Source: an uncultured Gammaproteobacteria bacterium
Lineage (GTDB): Bacteria > Patescibacteriota > Patescibacteriia > Patescibacteriales > UBA12465
Reading direction: 5' to 3'
NCBI GenBank assembly: GCA_964645545.1
Contig: CAZXZR010000001.1
Span: 27,526-91,525 of the forward strand
DNA: 64,000 nucleotides
The notes beneath the pieces are model-generated. The model was not told the origin of the DNA and did not search any database. It worked only from the letters and a program-made list of their open reading frames with translations. This document shows, piece after piece, positions 56,243 through 64,000 of this stretch (positions within the stretch are counted from its first letter, which is position 1; every line of letters starts with the position of its first letter). The translations under genes were made by a program, and so were the position numbers.

Positions 56243-57232
56243 TCAATACTCTTTAGAGAACAAAATATAACGATACTCTTTTAGAAGAAATTGTGCTAAT
56301 ATGAGAGAAAAAATAAAGAAGAAAAAAAAACGAAAAGCAATGATTATTTTATTGACAAAATTTTGCTTTTGCCAATGTTTGACAAAAAGAAAATTTTGAT
56401 TACGGAAAGACCAGGCGCGTATTTGTCGATTTTTTTGGCGCCAATCTTTCAGGCGGCGTAAAAAACCGGCGCCGGAACTAGCGGCAGTACGATCATGATA
56501 AATAACTGCCGCGGGGACCAGACGGCATTTATAGCCGGCCGAATAAAGACGATAGGCTAAATCACAATCTTCTTTATACATAAAAAAGCGTTCGTCAAAA
56601 TATTGGTTTCGGTTTTCGCCAAGGACACGCTTCTCCTTTATTTTCTCCAAAATGCTTAAACGGAAGAGACCGGCAGCGCCAGAGGGGCCGATAATCGGCT
56701 GCCGATCAAATTGACCACGGTCCTCTTCACCCTGGCCCAAATCAAGAAAACGCAAACCCGGTTTTAAAATCAAACCGCAAGAATCAATCAAGCTTGTCCT
56801 TTCTCGTTTGCTGAAATCCCAACGCCGAAGTTTCGGACTGACAGCAACCAAGTCCTCTTCGCTGTCCAAGGCGGCCACGAGATAACGCAAAGAATCGGGT
56901 TCCAAAAGGGTATCGGGATTAATGATCAAAAAATATTCGGCCTCGGCCTCCCAAGCTTTTTGCAGAAGGAAATTATAGGCCCGGGCAAAACCTAAATTAA
57001 AACCGCGGCTAAAATAAGTCACGGTTTTTATTCCCTGTCGACTGCTTTCACGGTTAAAAAATTCCAAAGCCAGACGATTGGCGTTATCGTCAGCCTCGCT
57101 GTTGTCAAAAGCGTAAATCTGAAATTGCCTCGCCGGCAAAAATTTCAGGGCGGCGTAAAGACTGGGTAAAAACTCGGCCAAATACTTGGCGCTGCTTTGC
57201 TCGTAAGTAAGAAAGCCAACAGCTAATTTCAT
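56243..57232 (-). CDS. Glycosyltransferase family 2.
   Basis: GT-A N-terminus with DxD-like FDNSEADD. YKEDCDLAYRL motif. Confidence 0.75.
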   Translation of the reverse strand: MKLAVGFLTYEQSSAKYLAEFLPSLYAALKFLPARQFQIYAFDNSEADDNANRLALEFFNRESSRQGIKTVTYFSRGFNLGFARAYNFLLQKAWEAEAEYFLIINPDTLLEPDSLRYLVAALDSEEDLVAVSPKLRRWDFSKRERTSLIDSCGLILKPGLRFLDLGQGEEDRGQFDRQPIIGPSGAAGLFRLSILEKIKEKRVLGENRNQYFDERFFMYKEDCDLAYRLYSAGYKCRLVPAAVIYHDRTAASSGAGFLRRLKDWRQKNRQIRAWSFRNQNFLFVKHWQKQNFVNKIIIAFRFFFFFIFSLILAQFLLKEYRYILFSKEY

Positions 57233-57253
57233 AAACGGTTATATAGGCAGCTC

Positions 57254-57979
57254 TTAAATCGTCAGCTTATCGGCCAATTTTTCCTTAACGAAATTCTGGG
57301 CCTTTAAGAGGCTGTCAAAAGTGCCGGCGTCCAGCCATTCGCCCTTGACGAGGGAGACTTCTAGTTCGCCGCGCTGTAAATACCAGTTATTGATGTCCAC
57401 GATTTCCAGTTCCCCGCGCTCGCTGGCTTTAATGGTTTTGGCGATATCCACCACCCGCTGGTCGTAAACGTAGAGACCGGTAACGGCGTAATCGCTTAAA
57501 TATTTCTTGGGCTTTTCCTCGATCTTTTCTGCCTTGTTCTCGGCATTGAATTTGACCACCCCGAACCTTTCTGGATCCGGCACTTTTTTGGCGAAAATCT
57601 TGGCCCCGCTTTGGAAAGCCTTGATTTCGGAGGCGAAATCGTCTTCAAAGATGTTATCGCCCAAAATCATAGTCACGTTTTCCTGATCAATAAAATTCTC
57701 GCCAATAATGAAGGCCTGGGCCAAACCCTCGGGCTTATCCTGAATTTCATAGGTAAATTTGACGCCAAACTGCTTGCCTGAACCGAGAAGATTAAGGTAA
57801 TCACCGGCTCTATCCGGCGCGACGATGATTAAAATTTCCTTAATGCCGGCTTTGATAAGGGTGTTTAAAGGGTAATAAATCATCGGCCGGTTATAGACCG
57901 GCAATAATTGCTTGGACGTGATTTTGGTCAGCGGCCGGAGCCTGGTGCCCGAACCGCCGGAAAGAATTATGCCGCGCAT
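57254..57979 (-). CDS. rmlA: Sugar-1-phosphate nucleotidylyltransferase (RmlA-like short form).
   Basis: GIILSGGSGTRLRPLTKITSKQLLPVYNRPMIYYPL. Confidence 0.82.
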   Translation of the reverse strand: MRGIILSGGSGTRLRPLTKITSKQLLPVYNRPMIYYPLNTLIKAGIKEILIIVAPDRAGDYLNLLGSGKQFGVKFTYEIQDKPEGLAQAFIIGENFIDQENVTMILGDNIFEDDFASEIKAFQSGAKIFAKKVPDPERFGVVKFNAENKAEKIEEKPKKYLSDYAVTGLYVYDQRVVDIAKTIKASERGELEIVDINNWYLQRGELEVSLVKGEWLDAGTFDSLLKAQNFVKEKLADKLTI

Positions 57980-58036
57980 AGAAAGTAAATTTTAAAATAG
58001 AAATTAGCTTTATGAAATTAATTTTTAAGAATTAAA

Positions 58037-58924
58037 TCAATTTTTTGTTTTCGCTCCCGGTCCGACCGCGCTTTGCAAATATTCCTCCAGGGCGATCTTC
58101 CAGGGGCGCAAATGCCGCAGTTTGGTATTTTTTAAAACCGAATATTTTGGCCGCCGGGCCGGCCGGGCCAAATTTTCGCTGCGCACCGCCTTGATTTGGG
58201 GCTTGATTTTTTTTAAACGGAAAAGTTCTAAGGCACCCTCATACCAAGTGCAAGGACCTTCGTTAATTAAATGATAAATGCCGTAGGGCGCTTCCAGTTC
58301 CCAGAGACGCCGGGTGGCCTGGGCCAAATCAGGGGTATAGGTGAAACAGCTTAATTCTTCGTTAACAAGCGTCAGCTCCTTTTTATTCTGCGCCAATTCC
58401 AGCATAATGTCAAAAAAACTGGGCTTGACTAAAGGACTCCCGCCTTTGGGACCGAAAAGCTTGGAGGAACGAATTAAATAGCAAGCCGTGCCGCGCTCCG
58501 CCTGACGCAAAATTTCACGCTCGCCCAGAAATTTGCTTTCCCCGTATTTATTGATCGGATTGGGCGTGTCGTCTTCGCTAAACTCCGGTTTTTCCACCGT
58601 GCCGTTGAAGACGTAATCGGAAGAATAGTGAATGAAAAGCGCTTCCAAATTGCGGGCCAGCTCGGCCAAAACCGCCGGCAAATCGCGATTCAATTTCAAG
58701 GCCAGTTCATAATTCTCGCTATTCTCACATTTGTCCACGGCGTTATAGGCAACGGTGTTGATGATTATAGAGGGCTCCAGCTCCCTGACTTTTTTTGAAA
58801 GTAAAGGAAAATCAAGGGCGTCAAAATCGTCCTTGTCCCAGCCGACGACCTCGTATTCTTCCATCAAAATCCGCTGTAACTGGGTGCCTAAATTGCCTTT
58901 CGCGCCCAAAATAAGAATGGTCAT
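58037..58924 (-). CDS. rmlD: dTDP-4-dehydrorhamnose reductase.
   Basis: ILGAKGNLG Rossmann motif, SSDYVFNG, and the YGESK catalytic Tyr/Lys region. Confidence 0.8.
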   Translation of the reverse strand: MTILILGAKGNLGTQLQRILMEEYEVVGWDKDDFDALDFPLLSKKVRELEPSIIINTVAYNAVDKCENSENYELALKLNRDLPAVLAELARNLEALFIHYSSDYVFNGTVEKPEFSEDDTPNPINKYGESKFLGEREILRQAERGTACYLIRSSKLFGPKGGSPLVKPSFFDIMLELAQNKKELTLVNEELSCFTYTPDLAQATRRLWELEAPYGIYHLINEGPCTWYEGALELFRLKKIKPQIKAVRSENLARPARRPKYSVLKNTKLRHLRPWKIALEEYLQSAVGPGAKTKN

Positions 58925-58938
58925 AAGCTTATGTTTTA

Positions 58939-58967
58939 AGTATAGTCATAAAAGCGGAAATTGACAA
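58939..58967 (-). promoter_or_regulatory. Promoter for rmlD in minus-strand orientation.
   Basis: TTGTCA, 17 nt, TATACT, read from the reverse complement. Confidence 0.45.
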
Positions 58968-59314
58968 ATTGAGGGGAAAATAATAAGAGTAAGTAATTCT
59001 TTGACAAAAATAATACGAGCCCTTAATCGGCTTATTATCTCTATAAATAAACGAAGTATAAACCCTAAAAATACAGGAGCAAAGGAAAAAGAGGAGTCTT
59101 GGAGGGCTTGACTTTTGTAAAAAAGTACGTCCAACTTTTCCGGAAGAAACCATTCATCTGGGAATCTTGCTCTTGGAGAGATTAAAACAATTACGAATGG
59201 CGGACGGTGGCGGTCTGCCGGAAAAATAATACCTTAAAATTTAACGCTTTAAAAAACAAACAAAAAAGACTTCTTTTTCAGGAGTCTTTTTTATTTTTAA
59301 CCCTCAAAATTCCC

Positions 59315-60607
59315 TTATTTCCCTTCCCATTCTTGCCCTTGCCGGACTAAAAGCTCACCGGCCCGCTCCGGTTCGGCCATTAATTCCTTGACGACTTTTT
59401 CCAGCCGCATTTTTTGTGAAGCTTTGACCAAGAGAACGTCGCCGGCCTTTATTCTGTCTTGGAGGAATTTGCCCGCCTCCTCGGCAGTGTCGAAATGGAA
59501 AATAAAATCATCTTCCATGCCCGCTTCCTTGGCCCCGCGAATAAAATCGCGCGCCTTTTCGCCCACGGCAATGAGATATTTAATGCCGCTGGCCGCCACC
59601 TTGGCGCCCACCAGCCGGTGGCCTTCCTCGGTATAGTGTCCGATTTCCAGCATATCGCCCAAAACTGCGAATTTGTCCGCCTTCTCGTCAATTTTTATAG
59701 CCGCCAGAGTGTTAACGGCCGCCAAGGCCGCTTCCGGCGAAGAATTATAGCTGTCGTCAATGATAAAGGTCTGTTTGACGCCCGGAAGAAGATTCATCCG
59801 CCCCGGCGGCAAAGAAAAATCTTTTAAGGCGCTGGCGATTTCCAAAAGATTGAAATTAAAATAGGTAGCCACGGCGGCGGCGGCTAAAGCGGCATAAAGA
59901 GCCGGCGCGCAAAAAACATTGGGCATTATGACCGGCACGATGGCTCCGTTATAGTTCAATTTAAAACGCACACCGCTTAACTCATAATCACCTTTGCCAT
60001 AATTATAACTAATATCTTGGGCGCGCAAATTGGCGCCTTCACCGAAACCATAGCTTAGAACTCGGGCCGGGCTGGCGCTAGTCATGGCGCGCGTGACTTC
60101 GTTGTCGTAGTTCAAAACGGCCAAGCCCTTTTTATCCAATTTATCAATTAAGGCCTGCTTCTCTTTTTTGATGTTGACGACAGTGCCGAAATATTCCAAG
60201 TGCGAATGGCTGACGGCGGTAATAACGCCCACTTTGGCCGGAGCGATACTTAAAAGGTAGGCCATATCGCCGGGCCTGTCCACACCCATTTCCAAAACCA
60301 AAACTTGGGGATAATTCCGGTCGCGGCTCAATATCAGGCGGGCGGCGCGAGCAAAAACTTTAAGCCAACCCCAAAAATCGCGGCCGGGTGAAGCAACGCC
60401 AATAATCGTCAAGGGCAAACCGATTTCATTATTATAATTCTTGTGGCTGGTGCGCACTCTCAACTTCCTTTGTAAAACCAAAGTCGTTGCTTCTTTGGCG
60501 CTCGTCTTGCCGACCGAGCCGGTAATGCCGACAATCACCGGTCGGTATTTTTTTATAAGCAGTCGGGCGAAAATTTTCAATTTTAGAAACAAGATTTTTT
60601 TCAGCAT
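59315..60607 (-). CDS. murF: UDP-N-acetylmuramoyl-tripeptide--D-alanyl-D-alanine ligase.
   Basis: GITGSVGKTS P-loop and DDSYNSSP motif (MurF-type rather than MurE). Confidence 0.8.
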   Translation of the reverse strand: MLKKILFLKLKIFARLLIKKYRPVIVGITGSVGKTSAKEATTLVLQRKLRVRTSHKNYNNEIGLPLTIIGVASPGRDFWGWLKVFARAARLILSRDRNYPQVLVLEMGVDRPGDMAYLLSIAPAKVGVITAVSHSHLEYFGTVVNIKKEKQALIDKLDKKGLAVLNYDNEVTRAMTSASPARVLSYGFGEGANLRAQDISYNYGKGDYELSGVRFKLNYNGAIVPVIMPNVFCAPALYAALAAAAVATYFNFNLLEIASALKDFSLPPGRMNLLPGVKQTFIIDDSYNSSPEAALAAVNTLAAIKIDEKADKFAVLGDMLEIGHYTEEGHRLVGAKVAASGIKYLIAVGEKARDFIRGAKEAGMEDDFIFHFDTAEEAGKFLQDRIKAGDVLLVKASQKMRLEKVVKELMAEPERAGELLVRQGQEWEGK

Positions 60608-60634
60608 AAATAAAAAGACTATTTCCCCGAAATT

Positions 60635-62614
60635 TTAAGTCCGCGTTTTCGGCACCTGATAATATTTAAGGATGAAATCGGCGATCTCCTTACACAAGGG
60701 CACAACCGTGCTTTCGGCGAATTGAACGCCTTTAGGGTTATCTAACTTGGCGATCATAACCGCCACGGGATTGTCTATCGGGGCAATGGCCACGAAGGTA
60801 TGGGTGAAATCAGTCTCGCTGTAGCCACTGGGCGTGGCCACTTGGGCGGTGCCGGTTTTACCGCCGATGTAATAACCGCTAATACGCACGCCTTTGGCGT
60901 GGCCTTCTTCCACAACATTAACCAGCATGGCGGCCATGGTATCGGCCGTCTTCTCGCTGATGACGCGGTGCACTTGCTGGGGCAAAATGTCTTCCCGCTG
61001 GCCGTCGGGGTGCACTATCACTTTGACGACATAAGGTTTCATCAAAATGCCGCGATTGGCGATTACTTGATAGGGCATAAGCATTTGCAAAGCGGTCACG
61101 GCAATACCCTGGCCGAAAGAAGCGGTGGCGGCGTCAATTTCTTTGACTTTGTCGCTTAGTAAACTACCGATATTGCCTGAACTCTCCGCCCCCAATTCAA
61201 TGCCGGTCGTTTCTCCAAAGCCGTAATTTTTCACGTAATCGGCAAAGACTTTCGGCCCGATTTGGCGCAGGGCGAAAATCGCCCCGGTATTCAAAGAATT
61301 TTCTAAGACGGCGTTCATATCCACGACGCCATGGGGGCCGTGGCTGGCGAAATCGGAATTTTTAATCGGTTTCGGCCAGCCGGGAATGAGAACTTCGCCC
61401 TTGTCCTCATAAGTCGTGGTCGGCGTGACCTTCCCTTGCTCAATGGCCGCCGACATGGTCACGGCTTTAAAAACCGAGCCGGGTTCGTATTGGTTGAAAA
61501 TGGCGGGATTGTTGAAAACCGAAATATCCTTGACGTCCTGATAAGCGTTGGGATCAAAATCCGGCACCGAACACATGGCCAAAATGGCGCCGGTCCTAGG
61601 ATCCATAACGATGACACTGCCGCTATCGGCGTCATATTTTCCCGCCGCCGCTTTCAACTTTTCGCAGGCGACGTATTCAATGTTTCTATCCACGGTTAAA
61701 ATCAAATCGCTGCCGTTTAGTGGTTTTACGTATTCGCGGTCGTTGACGATAATGACGTTGTCCCCGGCGCCCTTTTCGCTCTTTAAGGAGCCGTATTGGC
61801 CGAAAAGTTCATCGTTAAAAAATTCTTCCAAGCCGTATTTACCTTCGCCCTCATTATCGGCGTAGCTGACAAAGCCGACCAATTGCGCGGCGAGATTATT
61901 CTCTGGGTAATAACGCCTGTTTTTAATGGTAAAACCTAAACCCGGGATTGTCACTTCTTCGCTGGAGGAGGCGCGGTCAATAATTTTGTCCACTTGCAAT
62001 TCTAAATCGGTGGCGGCCACCGGCGTGGAAGTACTGCTTAAAAGAAAAGCATAAAATTTCAATAAGTCATCGGTCGTCAATTTGTTTTCCAAAGGTTCGT
62101 AAAGATCGCCCGGTTTGTCCAGACGCGTTAAACGTGTGGCGATCATTTCCTCTTTGGTGGCGGTGGCGATTTCTGGCGGCGTGGAGCTGGCGCTTCTATT
62201 AGCGGCCAGCCAGCGCGGATAATCAAAAAATTCGTAAATTTTTTCCGCCAGCGCCGGCGGATTCTCGACGTCTTTGGGCACGGCGTACAAAACGGCAAAA
62301 TCTTTGTTGGTCGCCAAAGGATAAAGCTTTTCTTGACCGTTAAGGCTTTCAGTTAAATAAATTTCCCCTCGCTCCGGCGTCAATTGGCTGGAAACCTGCT
62401 GTTGGGAAGAAGCCAGGGCCGTGTACAAGTCGCATTCTTTTATCTGGACGCTAAATAATTTATACAATAAGGCGCCAGCCAATAAAAAAATAACCGCCAC
62501 GGCTAAACGCCAACGATTATTATTGCGAAGCCCGGGAGACGGGCGCAAATTATTTTTATCCTCACGCCACATAAAAAATAATGGGGACGGCGGACTAAAG
62601 CCGGCGACCGACAC
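60635..62614 (-). CDS. ftsI: Penicillin-binding protein transpeptidase (FtsI/PBP2 class). The start may be 62572.
   Basis: SVFK (SxxK), SLN (SxN) and KTGTA (KTG) motifs. N-terminal TM segment. Confidence 0.88.
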   Translation of the reverse strand: MSVAGFSPPSPLFFMWREDKNNLRPSPGLRNNNRWRLAVAVIFLLAGALLYKLFSVQIKECDLYTALASSQQQVSSQLTPERGEIYLTESLNGQEKLYPLATNKDFAVLYAVPKDVENPPALAEKIYEFFDYPRWLAANRSASSTPPEIATATKEEMIATRLTRLDKPGDLYEPLENKLTTDDLLKFYAFLLSSTSTPVAATDLELQVDKIIDRASSSEEVTIPGLGFTIKNRRYYPENNLAAQLVGFVSYADNEGEGKYGLEEFFNDELFGQYGSLKSEKGAGDNVIIVNDREYVKPLNGSDLILTVDRNIEYVACEKLKAAAGKYDADSGSVIVMDPRTGAILAMCSVPDFDPNAYQDVKDISVFNNPAIFNQYEPGSVFKAVTMSAAIEQGKVTPTTTYEDKGEVLIPGWPKPIKNSDFASHGPHGVVDMNAVLENSLNTGAIFALRQIGPKVFADYVKNYGFGETTGIELGAESSGNIGSLLSDKVKEIDAATASFGQGIAVTALQMLMPYQVIANRGILMKPYVVKVIVHPDGQREDILPQQVHRVISEKTADTMAAMLVNVVEEGHAKGVRISGYYIGGKTGTAQVATPSGYSETDFTHTFVAIAPIDNPVAVMIAKLDNPKGVQFAESTVVPLCKEIADFILKYYQVPKTRT

Positions 62615-62638
62615 TAATTAGCGGCTGGCCGGCGCCGT

Positions 62639-63004
62639 CTATTTCTTCGCCACCGCCGCCGGATTTAAAGTCAAATAGTCAACTTCCCCGACCGCCACCA
62701 TATCCAATTTCTGCGTCCGGCTGGCCAAGGCATAATAGGATTGTAAAGTATTAACTTGCTCTTGCGCGGCCAAATTCTCGCTGGCCAAAGTCGCCGCCTG
62801 GGCTTTTAACTCGCTTAAAGAGAAACCTCTGACTGTCAAAGCGCTGATGTTTAAAAGATAAAAAATGCCCAAGGCGCTTAAAAGTAAAACTAAAGCGATA
62901 TTAAAATATTTGAGACTAAAGCGACCTCTGGCCGCCTCCCCCGCCCTTAGTTGCGCGTAAGAGCATTTCACGTTTCTAATCATAAAGAAAAAATTAGGCG
63001 TCAA
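62639..63004 (-). CDS. ftsL: FtsL/DivIC-like septum formation protein (single TM segment plus coiled coil).
   Basis: Size, topology, and position between rsmH and ftsI. Confidence 0.6.
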   Translation of the reverse strand: MTPNFFFMIRNVKCSYAQLRAGEAARGRFSLKYFNIALVLLLSALGIFYLLNISALTVRGFSLSELKAQAATLASENLAAQEQVNTLQSYYALASRTQKLDMVAVGEVDYLTLNPAAVAKK

Positions 63005-63064
63005 AACGCAAAAATGGACTATATGTTAATTTAAAAATTATCGCTATTGGGGACGGCCGCCTCT

Positions 63065-63970
63065 TTAGAGTTTAAAGGCGGCGCGCAATTTGGCGCTACG
63101 CGCCCGGAAATTGGCGGTGATTTCGGCGACGGTCGGCGGCAAAGGTTTCTTGGTCAAAATTTTTAAGGCGCCCGCCGCTTGCGCCTCGCGGAAAAAATTT
63201 TTTACAATCCGGTCTTCGCCGCTGTGGAAAGAAACAACTACTAAGCGCCCGCCGGATTTAAGCAGTTTCAAGGCCGCCGGCAAAGCCAAGGCCAGATTGG
63301 CTAATTCGCCGTTGGTTTCCATTCTCAAAGCTTGGAAAACTTTAGTAGCCGGATGCAAACGCTTGGGGAAACGATAGGGCACGACGCTCGTTATTATCGC
63401 CACCAGTTCGGCCGTGCTTTTTAGGCGGTGAGAAGCGCGGGCCTTAACCAGAGCGCGAGCGATGGGATAGGCATAGCGCTCTTGGCCGTAGTCGCGGAAA
63501 ATTCTCGTCAATTCTAACAACGAATAACGATTGACGATGTCCAAGGTTGAACGCGGGCTCTTAGCGCCGAAGGCCATGTCCAAAGGCCGATCCCCGGAGA
63601 AAGAAAAACCGCGTTTGCTATCAGCCAATTGCGCCGAAGACAGGCCGAGATCAAAAACAAGGCCGTCAAACTTAAGATTTTTCTGAAAAGCCTCTTTAAC
63701 GGCGAGAGCCGGGTTTTTAAAATTTTTAGGAACGAGAATTATATTACTTAACTTTTTTTTCTTAATGAGGCGAGCGGCATTTTTTATAGCCTCTTCGTCC
63801 AAGTCCAAGGCCAGAATTTGCCCCTTTGGACCGACGGCTTCAGCCAAAGCCAATGTGTAGCCGCCGGCGCCCAAAGTGGCGTCTAAGAAGCGGCCGCCGG
63901 CGCGGGGTGATAAATAAGTCATGACCTCCTTAAGCATAACCGGCACATGGGAATAAGCGGCCGCTGACAT
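63065..63970 (-). CDS. rsmH: 16S rRNA (cytosine1402-N4)-methyltransferase RsmH (MraW).
   Basis: HVPVMLKEV...FLDATLGAGGY SAM-binding N-terminus. Confidence 0.88.
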   Translation of the reverse strand: MSAAAYSHVPVMLKEVMTYLSPRAGGRFLDATLGAGGYTLALAEAVGPKGQILALDLDEEAIKNAARLIKKKKLSNIILVPKNFKNPALAVKEAFQKNLKFDGLVFDLGLSSAQLADSKRGFSFSGDRPLDMAFGAKSPRSTLDIVNRYSLLELTRIFRDYGQERYAYPIARALVKARASHRLKSTAELVAIITSVVPYRFPKRLHPATKVFQALRMETNGELANLALALPAALKLLKSGGRLVVVSFHSGEDRIVKNFFREAQAAGALKILTKKPLPPTVAEITANFRARSAKLRAAFKL

Positions 63971-64000
63971 ATTGCTTTTTTAAACGCCCAGCTCTCCTAA

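Noticed and set aside
1-64000. CRISPR arrays, rRNA and tRNA genes
   Set aside because: No regularly spaced direct repeats, no rRNA-like conserved stretches, and no convincing cloverleaf with a GGTTCGAATCC-type T-loop were seen by eye. A tRNAscan or Infernal run would be needed to exclude tRNAs formally.

Overview
This is a bacterial chromosomal window of about 52% GC in genes, with AT-rich intergenic DNA. It is gene-dense and mostly minus-strand. Many proteins carry Lys/Arg-rich terminal extensions and weak Shine-Dalgarno sites, which by inference resembles a reduced-genome (Patescibacteria/CPR-like) lineage. TGA is a real stop codon here: serS and xerC end with it. Most genes are housekeeping: a partial M23 peptidase, xerC, ftsQ, alr, serS, dnaX, rpmA, pyrG, ctpA, tsaC, cvpA, metG, rsmI, the secE-nusG-rplK-rplA operon, purB, an RRM protein, iscU/iscS, cyclophilin, cca, gap, ricT/yaaT-like, tsf, rpsB, sodA, tgt, and the division/wall genes rsmH-ftsL-ftsI-murF plus rmlD/rmlA-like and glycosyltransferases. 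A CpI-type [FeFe]-hydrogenase gene sits in an operon with a NuoF-like flavoprotein and a polytopic membrane protein. The main candidate for novelty is a ~3.9 kb low-coding-density AT-rich island (41479-45352). It holds two tandem paralogous small transcription units, each with a near-consensus sigma70 promoter, a covarying long-range helix and an intrinsic terminator. It also holds a hypothetical 372-aa protein convergent with a Cas4-like PD-(D/E)XK nuclease, a ~385-nt highly structured RNA candidate with its own promoter and terminator, and frameshifted gene remnants. Separately, two distant loci show parallel paralog pairs: a T4SS-like P-loop ATPase whose N-terminal domain recurs as a standalone 490-aa membrane protein, each with a related DUF11-like surface protein downstream. 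purB carries an in-frame TGA at a conserved Trp codon. No rRNA, tRNA or CRISPR array was recognised.
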